Virus record (IMG/VR): IMGVR_UViG_3300026097_000876
Coordinates: 186,001 to 250,000 of that record
Length of the DNA: 64,000 nucleotides
Strand: one strand, 5' to 3'
Both the position numbers and the translations under genes were made by a program. The notes under the pieces were generated by a model. It made no database searches, had not been told where the DNA came from, and saw only the letters and a program-made list of their open reading frames with translations. Positions 1 through 10,500 of this stretch are shown one piece after another (within the stretch, counting starts at the first letter, position 1; each line of letters opens with the position of its first letter).

Positions 1-381
1 CGGAGGAAAATTTAATTTTACTCTCGTATCAGCAACAGTCTTAGGATTTTTCTTGCGTCCTGGCTCTTCTGGAATGTGATCAAACGTCATAATTCGAAAG
101 ATAAGTTCGTCTTTCGAAATCTTTTTGTAATCAACTTCGTACTCGGCAAGTTTTACTTTCAGACCTTCGGCTTTTGCAGCTTCAAACCGTTGTTGTTGTA
201 GCCTTTTAGCTTTGTTACGTTTTGCTTCTGCAATAGTTCTAACGTTAATTTTTTCAACATCTGGTAAAATAATATCGTACTGATGATACTCTTTATCGAT
301 ATAACTACAAAACGTATTTTTTGATCTGTGTATTTCTTTTAATATATCTTTATTATTAAGATAGTTAACTCTTTTAGTCAT
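1..381 (-). CDS. Putative phage late-transcription sigma factor (T4 gp55-like), 5' part only; runs off the window
   Basis: Not in the ORF track. Manual translation from ATG at 381 gives MTKRVNYLNNKDILKEIHRSKNTFCSY..., open to position 1. The NY(L/V)NNK-x-L start resembles gp55-like sigma factors. GGAG RBS upstream. Confidence 0.7.
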   Translation of the reverse strand, partial: MTKRVNYLNNKDILKEIHRSKNTFCSYIDKEYHQYDIILPDVEKINVRTIAEAKRNKAKRLQQQRFEAAKAEGLKVKLAEYEVDYKKISKDELIFRIMTFDHIPEEPGRKKNPKTVADTRVKLNFPP

Positions 382-403
382 GATTTCTCCAGGTTATATC
401 CAT

Positions 404-432
404 ATTATAAACTATGCACATAACTTTGTCAA
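404..432 (-). promoter_or_regulatory. Sigma70-type promoter for the sigma factor gene
   Basis: Minus strand reads TTGACA-17 bp-TATAAT (perfect consensus), just upstream of the ATG at 381. Confidence 0.85.
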
Positions 433-439
433 CTAAATA
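433..439 (+). promoter_or_regulatory. Putative late promoter (T4-like TAAATA core) for the baseplate operon
   Basis: CTAAATAatgtata upstream of AGGAG and ATG 462; the same motif recurs before other structural genes. Confidence 0.55.
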
Positions 440-461
440 ATGTATAGGAGACAACATAGCT

Positions 462-1349
462 ATGGCAAAAAATTGGAACAATGGTCGCATTGTAGCAGAC
501 AAAGTTGTACGAGCAACAGGTGCAGCTGGACAAAGTATAGCCGCAGGCGGCATTCCTGATATAGCGTCCAACATTCCAAAAAATGTAAAAGACATTGGAC
601 AGAAAGTGTTCAGTGGAATAGAAGGAGCATCTGGAAATTTTATGAGCGCACTTCGCGGAAAAAATTTACCAGGGCAAATAACTTCCGGTCCAACAGCAAC
701 AGCTTCTTTTTCTTCAGCAAATGTAGAAGAAAAAGACTGGCGTGTTTCGTTAAGTTTGCCAGCGGGTGTTGTTGCATATAATGAATCTGAACTTTTAGAA
801 CCTCTTAAGAGTACAGGCAATCGAATGGTTTTCCCCTTCACTCCAACAATCATTATTCAGCATAGTGCAAATTATAATTCTTCTGCACCGATACATAATA
901 ATTATCCTTTTTTCTCTTATCAAAACTCACAAGTGAACGAATTAGTTATTACAGGACAATTTTTTGTACAAAACTCGTTAGAAGCAAAATATTGGACATC
1001 GTGCTTACATTATTTAAGATCAGTAACTAAAATGGATTTTGGCGAAGGCAGTAATCCAGGTGCTCCGCCGCCTATTGTAAAACTAAATGGTTACGGAGAC
1101 TATGTGTTTAATAATGTTCCTGTAATAATTACAACATTTACTGTAGATATGCCTAACGAAGTAGATTATATTGCAACCGGAATAAATTCAGAAACTGGTA
1201 ATCCTGCAGACAGTAGAAACATAAGCTGGGCTCCTGCAGAATCGCAATTTAGTGTTAGCGTCCAGCCAATTTATAGCAGAAGTAAACAAACAGTATTCAA
1301 CTACGATAACTTTATTAAAGGCAATGATATCGGCCAAGGATATATTTAA
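462..1349 (+). CDS. Baseplate / tail-tube-initiator-like structural protein (gp48/gp54-like)
   Basis: 295 aa; FPFTPTI and PPPIVKLNGYGDYVFNNVPV motifs seen in tube-like baseplate proteins; first gene of the baseplate cluster. Confidence 0.55.
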   Translation: MAKNWNNGRIVADKVVRATGAAGQSIAAGGIPDIASNIPKNVKDIGQKVFSGIEGASGNFMSALRGKNLPGQITSGPTATASFSSANVEEKDWRVSLSLPAGVVAYNESELLEPLKSTGNRMVFPFTPTIIIQHSANYNSSAPIHNNYPFFSYQNSQVNELVITGQFFVQNSLEAKYWTSCLHYLRSVTKMDFGEGSNPGAPPPIVKLNGYGDYVFNNVPVIITTFTVDMPNEVDYIATGINSETGNPADSRNISWAPAESQFSVSVQPIYSRSKQTVFNYDNFIKGNDIGQGYI

Positions 1350-1639
1350 TGGCAAACGGACCCTACGATAAAACTAAACTTGATAGTAATGGATCACTAG
1401 GATATTTTAGAATACGTCCAGTACCAGCATACACTGATGACCCATTATATACTGTAGAACCTCAATACACCCATAGACCAGATCTTTTAGCATATGACCT
1501 ATATGGCGATCAAAGTCTTTGGTGGGTATTTGCACAAAGAAATTTAAATGTAATTGAAGATCCAATATATGATTTAGTTCCAGGAAAACAAATTTATCTT
1601 CCCAATGCCGAACGAATCAAACAAGATTTAGGAGAATAA
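1349..1639 (+). CDS. Baseplate wedge protein, T4 gp53-like (LysM-like)
   Basis: 96 aa; HRPDLLAYDLYGDQSLWWVFAQRN motif. Confidence 0.8.
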   Translation: MANGPYDKTKLDSNGSLGYFRIRPVPAYTDDPLYTVEPQYTHRPDLLAYDLYGDQSLWWVFAQRNLNVIEDPIYDLVPGKQIYLPNAERIKQDLGE

Positions 1640-1641
1640 CT

Positions 1642-4485
1642 GTGCCATATGTTTTTCCGTTAGGCACTGCATTAAAAAAAGATCCAGTAACTGGCAAGTT
1701 GTTAGGAGGAAAATATATACCTCCTAGTGACGAGGATGAAACATCTGAAGTTGAAGGCGATCCTGAAGCTGCAAAAGCTGTATTAAATGGATTAGGACTG
1801 CCTTGGATGTCTACAATGATAGATCAAGCCCAAGCCGGACAAAATCCTTTAAGTTCTAATGTATCTATTCTTGCAGAAAACTCTGTTGTAGATACATTGT
1901 CTACAGCAACTATCGGATCTGCTTCGAACATTATTACCTCTGACGACGCAGGACTTATAACAGAAAGAGAAACAACGGCACTACCACTAACTAACGAATT
2001 AGAAGATTTTGCATCTGTAAATTGTATTTTTGGACTAGGATGTTTAAGTCCAGAAGAATTAAATTTTCCCGACGAAACATATCGCAAGACAGGCATACGT
2101 TCAGGACAAATTGTATTACGATCAGGTCAAACACCGCAAGGAAAACCAAGAACATTTGCTGAAAAAGAATATAACCTTGATGCAGGTTATTTTATTAACA
2201 ATGTTGAAATACAGACAGTTATTGCACCAAATCCTAAAAGCAGAGCAACTAATTTTCATCAAATATCTTTTGAAGTAACTGAACCTTATAGCATGGGACA
2301 GTTGTTACAAACTATGCAAATATGTTCTAAGAATGCCGGGTATTCAAACTATTTAGAGTCGCCGTGGCTATTACAACTAGATTTTGTAGGGCAACTACAG
2401 ACAGCAACTGGTAATACTGAAATACCTAATATGCTAACTAGCACTACAAAAAAACTTCCTTTAAAACTTGTTTCAGTAAATTTTAACGTAGACACTAATG
2501 GCAGTCACTATAGTTTTATTTGCAGCGCATTTAATGACGAAGCATTTTCAGATACAAATCAGTCACTACCAGTAGATATTACTCTTTCGGGTAGATCATT
2601 ACAAGAAGCTGTACAGACTGGTTTTAATAGTTTGTCTAGTCACCTTAATACTCATTTGTTAAATCGAAAAAAAGAAACAAAAGAAAAGGTAGAAGTAGAT
2701 GAATATATTTTTGCATTTCCGTCTGATACTTCTAGCGTAGGATTGCAGAGAGCTTTTAAAACAGCAAGTATAGAAAACACAGCAACCAGTGGTGATTTAC
2801 AATTTAAAGAATTTGACGATTCTGCTATCGAATATGCATTCAAGAGTAGAGGCGGCTTTGATGATTATGTACAAGACAATAGTGATTTTGGCGCAAGGGT
2901 TATCGAACAAAAAAGAGATTATGTTGAAAATAGATTAGGGTATTCTGTAAAAAGGGGAAAACTTAGTGAAAGTATTAAAAAAGCAATTGCTTCTCCAACA
3001 GTAACACCTAACAAAATTGGTAGTTCTAAAATACTTCCGAACGATCCCCTTTCTCCAGGTAATTTAAATTTTGGATTAAGTCAATTTTCTTGGAATCCTG
3101 ACAACGGACTATTAGAAAGAGGCGGAACTGTTATTAATCCAGAAGTAAGAACAATTACATTTAAGGCTGGTACTAAAATACAAAAAATCTTAGAAGAACT
3201 TGTTCTTTTGAGCGATTTTGGAAAAAAATTAACTAAAAACGGAGTTCCAGATAAAAACGGATTCGTTGATTGGTTTAGAATTGAATCAAGCGTTTATCTT
3301 ATTAATGATAAAAAAGCAGAAGCAGTAATGGGTAGACTTCCTAGGATTTATTTGTACAAAGTAGTTCCGTATAAAGTACATAAAAGTCAGTTTATGATGC
3401 CAAATGATCCGCCACCGGGCTATGATAATTTAGTATCACAGGCAGTCAAAGAATACAATTATATGTACACTGGCAAAAATACAGATATCATTAACTTTGA
3501 TATTAAATTTGATAATGCATTTTATGCTGCTGTTTCTACAGATAGAGGAAATCGTTCTGGAAATAACGATCCTTCCGAACAAGGAAATACAGATGTAGAG
3601 GAAGGTGTTGAAGTAACGGGCAATGCAGCAGGTTATCAAGGTGATGGATTAACATCTGCTAATGTTAATAGAAGCATTGGCACTGAAACAGCTGCTGCTA
3701 TGCAAGAAGACAGCGAACTACAAATTGCCAGACAGTTTAACGAAGCAATTGTAAATTCAGACGGAGATTTAGTTAGCATTGAAATGGAAATTTTAGGCGA
3801 TCCGTATTACATTGCTGATAGTGGAGTAGGTAACTATAATGCAGAAGCTACAAATTATACTAATCTTAATATCGATGGAACAATAAATCACCAATCAAGT
3901 GAAGTTGATATTTTAATTAATTTCAGAACACCTGTTGACATTGATCCCGAAACTGGTGCATATTTAATGGACGGACCAGGAATAGGTGTAAAAGATTTTA
4001 GTGGACTATATAAAGTTAATACAGTAATTAATCAGTTTAGAGATAATCTTTTTACTCAAACTTTGCAATGTGTTAGAAGAAGAAATTACCAGTTGAAAGA
4101 CGCAGAAGCAGAAGTGCAAGATGCACTATACGAGCAAAAACGTAGATACGAAAAACGAGTTGAAGAAGCTAGGGAAACTGGCGATCAAGACCAAATTGAT
4201 TTTGCAATTGCAGACAAAAATGCTGATGGTAAACTACAAGTTTGGGAGACTCAACAAAATCCTAATGCTACTGATTTAGCCACTGGAAAAAGAGGTAAGT
4301 CGGTGCAACCTACTACAGAAGAATCTGAAACTAATGCACCTGCTGGCAACACAACCCCTGTGCCTACAGAACAAACTACAACTCCTGCTACTACAACTCC
4401 GCCACCGTCGAGAACAGGCGGTACCGGGTCCGGAAATAACGATCCATACTATAATTACGGAGTAAGAAGAAGAAATGACCAATAA
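1642..4485 (+). CDS. Baseplate hub protein (gp27/GpD-like, putative)
   Basis: 947 aa between the gp53-like and gp5-like genes; C-terminal EILGDPYY...FSGLYKVNTVINQF...FTQTL hub-like signature; Pro/Thr-rich tail. Confidence 0.55.
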   Translation: MPYVFPLGTALKKDPVTGKLLGGKYIPPSDEDETSEVEGDPEAAKAVLNGLGLPWMSTMIDQAQAGQNPLSSNVSILAENSVVDTLSTATIGSASNIITSDDAGLITERETTALPLTNELEDFASVNCIFGLGCLSPEELNFPDETYRKTGIRSGQIVLRSGQTPQGKPRTFAEKEYNLDAGYFINNVEIQTVIAPNPKSRATNFHQISFEVTEPYSMGQLLQTMQICSKNAGYSNYLESPWLLQLDFVGQLQTATGNTEIPNMLTSTTKKLPLKLVSVNFNVDTNGSHYSFICSAFNDEAFSDTNQSLPVDITLSGRSLQEAVQTGFNSLSSHLNTHLLNRKKETKEKVEVDEYIFAFPSDTSSVGLQRAFKTASIENTATSGDLQFKEFDDSAIEYAFKSRGGFDDYVQDNSDFGARVIEQKRDYVENRLGYSVKRGKLSESIKKAIASPTVTPNKIGSSKILPNDPLSPGNLNFGLSQFSWNPDNGLLERGGTVINPEVRTITFKAGTKIQKILEELVLLSDFGKKLTKNGVPDKNGFVDWFRIESSVYLINDKKAEAVMGRLPRIYLYKVVPYKVHKSQFMMPNDPPPGYDNLVSQAVKEYNYMYTGKNTDIINFDIKFDNAFYAAVSTDRGNRSGNNDPSEQGNTDVEEGVEVTGNAAGYQGDGLTSANVNRSIGTETAAAMQEDSELQIARQFNEAIVNSDGDLVSIEMEILGDPYYIADSGVGNYNAEATNYTNLNIDGTINHQSSEVDILINFRTPVDIDPETGAYLMDGPGIGVKDFSGLYKVNTVINQFRDNLFTQTLQCVRRRNYQLKDAEAEVQDALYEQKRRYEKRVEEARETGDQDQIDFAIADKNADGKLQVWETQQNPNATDLATGKRGKSVQPTTEESETNAPAGNTTPVPTEQTTTPATTTPPPSRTGGTGSGNNDPYYNYGVRRRNDQ

Positions 4486-6970
4486 TAGCAAAGACAAAAG
4501 ATCTAGCGGTGCTGCCGCTATTCCAATGCCACCGGGCCCTTATATTGCCAAGGTTGTAAGTCATCTTGATCCAAGACGTACTGGTGCGTTGAAAGTAGAG
4601 CTTTTAAAAAATGCTACAGCCGGCAATGATGCAGGTTTTGAACCAGGACAACTCTTTACAGTAAGATACTGTATGCCGTTTTATGGAGTTACTGATGTTT
4701 CAAGCAACAGAGCTGATAATCAATATAGTAGTACTCAACAGAGTTATGGATTTTGGGCCGTGCCGCCTGACCCGGGCACAAAAGTACTTGTAATATTTGC
4801 AGAAAATCAATCAAATCAAGGATTTTGGATTGGATGCATACCAGACGAATATATGAATCATATGGTGCCAGGAGGATATGCGGCAGCTAAAAGTAACCGA
4901 GTTATCCAAGAAGGTTTAATTGAAGATTATAAAAACAAACCTTTACCTACTGGAGAATATAATAAAGCATCTAATACTAATAAAGGAAATGACCCTGATA
5001 AGTTTTTAAAACCTCACAATCCTTTAATGGTGCAAACATTGGCTTCACAAGGGTTATTAGACGACACTATTAGAGGGCTTACTAGTAGTAGTGCTAGAAG
5101 AGATATACCTAATACAGTATATGGATGGAACACACCAGGTCCGTTGGATAAAAGAGACGGAGCACCTAAGGGAAAATACGGAACAAAAAATGATCAAGTT
5201 GATTATTTTAGAAGTAGACTAGGCGGATCGTCATTTGTAATGGACGACGGAGATCCGACTATACTTAGGTCAGGACTAGCTTCAGATCAAGGACCGGTAT
5301 ACTACGATATAAGCAAAGTTCCTAGTGCTACAAATAGTTCAAATCCGACTCTATTGTTTAATGAACATGTTAGACTTAGGACAAGAACTGGTCATCAAAT
5401 ACTTTTACATAATACAGAAGATTTAATTTATATCGGAAATGCTAGAGGTAGTACTTGGGTAGAATTAACTTCAAACGGTAAAATAGACATCTATGCAGAT
5501 GATAGTATTAGTATTAGAAGTGGCAACGATATTAATTTACATGCCGACAGAGATTTCAATTGGAGTGCCGGCAGAGATGTTAATATCAACGGCGGACGAG
5601 ATATAAAAGTTACCGCATCTAATAACATGGACACTAAAGTAGGTGTTGATGCAAAACTAGATGTTGGAACCAACTATGATCAGTTTGTTGGTGCGAATCA
5701 ACAAGTGTTTGTAGGTGCCGAAGGACATTTGAATGTTGCTGGAGCACATAGCATTACTAGCCAAACAACGTTAGATATACTAACAGGCGGCTCTAGGAAA
5801 GATAAACAAGCAACACTTGATGTCTCTACTACAGGCGCAAATAAATTTACAGCTGGCAACAACACTGAAATTTTGAGCGGTGGCGAACATAGAGAAACAG
5901 CACCTAATATACATATGAACACAAGCGGCAACGCTGCATCAAATGCAGAGGAAGCAGAGTCTGCTAGTATAGCAGAAGTTGCATTACCTGCACTATTTCC
6001 TCGACGAGTACCTAAAAGAGAACCTTGGCTAGAACATGAAAATTTAAATCCCTTGGCGCATACTCCGTCAGAAACACAAGCAATTACAAGTCCACCAGAG
6101 GCTGTAAGAATTGTTAATACAGTTATTAATAGTTCTAGTGATCAAGGCCAATATACTGGATTATCTGGACCTGTACAAGCCAATACATCTGGACCACAAA
6201 CAGTTGTTCCAGGTGCAACAGGCCCTTCCGACGGAAATCAACCTGCGGCTCCTGTTCCTGTTAATGATATGCAAAGATTTTTCTTAAATGAACTCATTGT
6301 TAAATTGGGATTAGATCCGTCAACTTGTTTGAATAGTGCTACAGCGTCACCTACTCCAGGTAACGCAGAAGCATTAGCAATGGCAATGGCACAACCTCAA
6401 GCAGAATGCGGATTTAAACCACGTAGTGAAAATATGAATTATTCTGCATCTAGACTGAGGGCTGTTTATCCTAGCAGAGTAAAATCAGATGCGTTCGCTC
6501 AGCAATTGGTAGCAGCAGGACCTGCTGCTATCGGTAATACTTTATACGGAAATAGATACGGTAATGCTCAAGACGAAGGTTACAAATATAGAGGTAGAGG
6601 ATTAATTCAATTAACATTTAAATCTAATTACGAAACATACGGAAAATTAGCAGGAGTTGATGTTGTTAATAATCCTGAAATGGCTAACGATCCTGAAGTA
6701 GCTACAAAACTAGCTGTAGCTTATATTAATAGTAAAAGTGTCACTTGGTCAAGTCCTAGTTTTTCAAGTTTAGGAGAAGAATTTCGCAAAGCTGTAGGTT
6801 ATGCTAATCAAGGTGGCAAAGAAACATCTCGCAGAATAGGTATTGCTCGAGGATTCTATCAAAAAATTATTAATGGTGAATTAACACCATTATCGTCTTT
6901 AACTAAAACAGAATATCCAGGTACAGGTCAAACAACAATTATCGAAGAACCTCCAACAGGTCCGTTTTAG
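4475..6970 (+). CDS. Baseplate central spike (gp5/VgrG-like) fused to a GH19 lysozyme/chitinase-like domain
   Basis: N-terminal OB-fold motif (DPRRTGALKV...PPDPGTKVLVIF...GFWIGC), RLRTRTGHQILLHNTE, beta-helix repeats, C-terminal AQPQAECG...ENMNYS...YRGRGLIQLT GH19 motif. Confidence 0.85.
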   Translation: MTNNSKDKRSSGAAAIPMPPGPYIAKVVSHLDPRRTGALKVELLKNATAGNDAGFEPGQLFTVRYCMPFYGVTDVSSNRADNQYSSTQQSYGFWAVPPDPGTKVLVIFAENQSNQGFWIGCIPDEYMNHMVPGGYAAAKSNRVIQEGLIEDYKNKPLPTGEYNKASNTNKGNDPDKFLKPHNPLMVQTLASQGLLDDTIRGLTSSSARRDIPNTVYGWNTPGPLDKRDGAPKGKYGTKNDQVDYFRSRLGGSSFVMDDGDPTILRSGLASDQGPVYYDISKVPSATNSSNPTLLFNEHVRLRTRTGHQILLHNTEDLIYIGNARGSTWVELTSNGKIDIYADDSISIRSGNDINLHADRDFNWSAGRDVNINGGRDIKVTASNNMDTKVGVDAKLDVGTNYDQFVGANQQVFVGAEGHLNVAGAHSITSQTTLDILTGGSRKDKQATLDVSTTGANKFTAGNNTEILSGGEHRETAPNIHMNTSGNAASNAEEAESASIAEVALPALFPRRVPKREPWLEHENLNPLAHTPSETQAITSPPEAVRIVNTVINSSSDQGQYTGLSGPVQANTSGPQTVVPGATGPSDGNQPAAPVPVNDMQRFFLNELIVKLGLDPSTCLNSATASPTPGNAEALAMAMAQPQAECGFKPRSENMNYSASRLRAVYPSRVKSDAFAQQLVAAGPAAIGNTLYGNRYGNAQDEGYKYRGRGLIQLTFKSNYETYGKLAGVDVVNNPEMANDPEVATKLAVAYINSKSVTWSSPSFSSLGEEFRKAVGYANQGGKETSRRIGIARGFYQKIINGELTPLSSLTKTEYPGTGQTTIIEEPPTGPF

Positions 6971-7001
6971 TATTAAAGTTTTTGCAGGCAGATAACATAA
7001 G

Positions 7002-7008
7002 ATAAATA
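7002..7008 (+). promoter_or_regulatory. Putative late promoter ATAAATA
   Basis: ATAAATAttagtATG directly before the gp25-like gene. Confidence 0.5.
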
Positions 7009-7013
7009 TTAGT

Positions 7014-7445
7014 ATGGTAGACTTATATAAAGAAATTAAAATTAGAGGTCCAAAAGTACCTAAACCTCCTGTAAAACAAAAAGCCTACAGGGGATTTAGT
7101 ACTGTAAATGTTGAAAATACGTCTTTTCAGCAATACGATTTGAGTTTGATCAAACAAGATTTAATCAATCATTTTAATATTAGGCAAGGCGAAAAATTGT
7201 CTAATCCTGCATTTGGATGTATTATTTGGGATGCTTTATATGAGCCGTTAACAGAAGAATTAAAAGAAGCAATTGCTACTAACGTAACGAATATTGTAAA
7301 TTATGATCCTAGAACTAGCGCAACAGAAATACAAATTACTGAATATGAACAAGGACTTCAAATCGAGTGCACAATAACTTATTTAGATTACAACATTAGC
7401 GAAAATTTGCAACTACAGTTCGACAAATCCATTGGATTATCGTGA
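7014..7445 (+). CDS. Baseplate wedge protein, T4 gp25-like
   Basis: 143 aa; LIKQDLINHFNIRQGEKLSNPAFGCIIWDALYEP is typical of the gp25/GPW family. Confidence 0.85.
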   Translation: MVDLYKEIKIRGPKVPKPPVKQKAYRGFSTVNVENTSFQQYDLSLIKQDLINHFNIRQGEKLSNPAFGCIIWDALYEPLTEELKEAIATNVTNIVNYDPRTSATEIQITEYEQGLQIECTITYLDYNISENLQLQFDKSIGLS

Positions 7446-7475
7446 CATAATTAACTGTTACTATAACTCAATATA

Positions 7476-7482
7476 ATAAATA
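7476..7482 (+). promoter_or_regulatory. Putative late promoter ATAAATA
   Basis: ATAAATActgtata before GAGG RBS and ATG 7506. Confidence 0.6.
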
Positions 7483-7505
7483 CTGTATAGTAAAGAGGAT
7501 CGCCG

Positions 7506-10500
7506 ATGTCATCCACAGATAGACAAAATAGACTGCTGCTAGCAGAAGATTGGAAAAAAGTATATCAAAGCTATCGAAATGCAGAGTTCCGTAGTTACGA
7601 CTTTGACACTTTAAGAAGAGCAATGATTAACTACCTCCGTCAGAACTATCCGGAGGATTTTAACGATTATATTGATACATCGGAATATCTTGCACTTATT
7701 GACATGATTGCCTTCTTAGGGCAAAATATTAGTTATCGTGTTGATCTTAACTCTCGAGAAAACTTTTTAGAACTTGCTGAACGTCGAGAAAGTGTGTTAA
7801 GACTTGCTCGAATGCTGTCTTACAATCCAAAAAGAAATCAGTCAGCTAATGGATTATTAAAATTTGAAACTATTTCAACTACTGAAAGTGTTGTAGATAG
7901 CAACGGATTTAATCTTGCAGATCAAACAATTATATGGAATGATCCTAGTAACTCAAATTGGGCAGAACAATTTAGACGAGTACTAAATTCTGCACTACCT
8001 AACAACAATACTATTGGTAAGCCGGCAAAGAGTGCTTCTGTTAACAGTGTATTGACACAGCAATACAGATTAAAAAGCTCCAATACAGATGTACCAATTT
8101 TTAACTTTAACAAGTCAGTAAACGGACTACCTACACAATTTGAAATTGTATCAACTGATATTGATGTTAATCGGTCAGCCATTACTGAAGAGAATCCTGT
8201 ACCAGGAAACAGTCTTGCATTTTTATATAGAGAAGATGGCAGAGGAAATGCAAGTGCTAACACTGGATATTTTGTACATTTTAGACAAGGAACATTAAAT
8301 AGTTCTCAATTTAATGTTGACAATCCTAGTTCTAATCAAAGAATATCTATTGAAACAGAAAATATTAATGATTCAGATGTTTGGTTATACGCACTAAACG
8401 AATCAGGACAAGAAGATTCGCTATGGACAAAGGTTAGCTCAACTGAAGGCAACAATGCAATTTATAATAGTATTGCTAAAGGAGTTAGAAACTACTACGT
8501 TGTCCAAACAAGACAAAATGATGAAATTACTTTAGTATTTGCTGACGGCACGTTTGGTAATGTGCCTAATGGAAATTTTAGAGTTTATTATAGAACTAGT
8601 GCTAATCGTTCTTTAAGAGTCAAACCTTCAGAACTAACAAACATTACGTTTTCAGTAAATTATATTTCTGCTGCTGGCACGTCAGAAACATTAACTATAG
8701 GTGTTGAGCTAAAAGAACAAGTTACTAATGCTACTACTAGTGAAACTACTCCAAGCATTAGAAACAATGCTCCGCAAACATATTATACGCAGAACAGAAT
8801 GATTACTGGCGAGGATTATAATATTATTCCTCTCACAACTAATCAAGAGATTGTTAAAGTAAAATCTGTTAATAGAACTACTAGCGGTATTAGTAGATAT
8901 TTTGATTTAAAAGATGTAACTGGAAAATATTCTAGTACTAATTTGTATGGTAACGACGGTGTAATCTATAATCAATTTTACGAAAATAAACAAACATTTA
9001 CATTTGCTACACAAACAGATATTGAAGGAACAATAGAAAATACAGTATTACCTATTATTCAAAATCGAGCCGTAAGCAACTTCTATTTTGCAAACTATGC
9101 AAAAATTATTGTAAGCGATCTAAATGCAACATGGACACAATCAACCAAGGGTACTAATACCAGTACAGGATTTTTGAAAAATCTAAATGACATTCCTTAT
9201 GAAACAGGAACATTTACAGGCGGTTCGTTAAAATTCTTAGAACCGGACGCCTTATTAAAATTTGTTCCTCCTGCAGGATTTTATTTTATTAATGATGGAG
9301 AATTAACTTCTGACGCTACGGCTAAAGGTGCAAGCACTTACAAGTGGGTTAAAGTTATTAGCGTAAACGGCGCCGGCACAACGGTTGATAGTGTAACAGG
9401 CGAAGGTCCGATTGTGTTCAATGAAATTTTACCTGCAAACAGTGTTCTCGAAGAAGTAAAACCAAAACTCGTAAAAGACATTTCAGCAGATGTTAGAGCA
9501 CAAATTATCGACCAAGTATTTGCATACAAAACATTTGGTTTGCGTTATGATCAAACACAGCGACAGTGGCGAGTAATTATTAATGAAAACTTAAATGTTA
9601 ACGATGTGTTTAGTAACGGTAAAACTGGCGATGTTACAAATAACCAATTAGATGCTAGTTGGATTTTATTATTTCAAACAAATGGTGAACAGTACACAAT
9701 AACTAATAGAGGGTTAAGATATGTTTTTGAAAGTGACAAAGAATTAAGTTTTTATTTCGATAACCAAAATAAAATTTATGACTCGTCAACAGGACAACTT
9801 GTAAAAGACAAAATTGGAGTTTTAAATTTTAATACCAAACCTGATAGTCTTGAATCATTTAATAATGATATTAATTGGGAAATCGTTGACGTATATAGAA
9901 ATCCAGACGGATACATTAATAGTAAAAAAATTGAAGTTAGTTTCTTTGATCTTAATGACGACGGTAGTGTAGACGATCCTGATATTTTTGACGTTATTGT
10001 TGCACCGCTTGTAAACGAAAATACAAAATACGTTTTTTTAAAGAGAGAGCAGAGCGATCAAGGATTTACAAAATATAATTATTACAGCGCCGGAGATACT
10101 ATAAACGTTGTAGACAGAGAAATAGAAATTGGTGCATACAGTCAGTATGATGACGGGCAAGTCTTTTACATTAAAGAAAACGAAAACTTTAAAGTTTTAA
10201 ACAACAGTCTGTTAACTTTAACATCTGACTATCAAGCATATATTGGCCGATCAAATTTAAGATTCCAATATGTACATAGCGCAGATGAAAGCAATAGAAT
10301 CGACGCTAGTGCAAGTAATATTATTGATGTATACATGTTAACAAGGTCTTATGATATTGAATATAGAAAATATCTTGCTGGCACACTAGCTACTAGACCG
10401 TTACCTCCGAGTAACGATGAGTTGTTTCAAAACTACGGTGCAACAATTAATCAATTTAAATCTATAAGTGACGAAGTAATTTATCATCCAGTAACTTATA

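Noticed and set aside
374-853. 159-aa minus-strand ORF in the track
   Set aside because: Antisense shadow of the 462-1349 gene. The real minus-strand gene starts at 381 in another frame with its own RBS and promoter.
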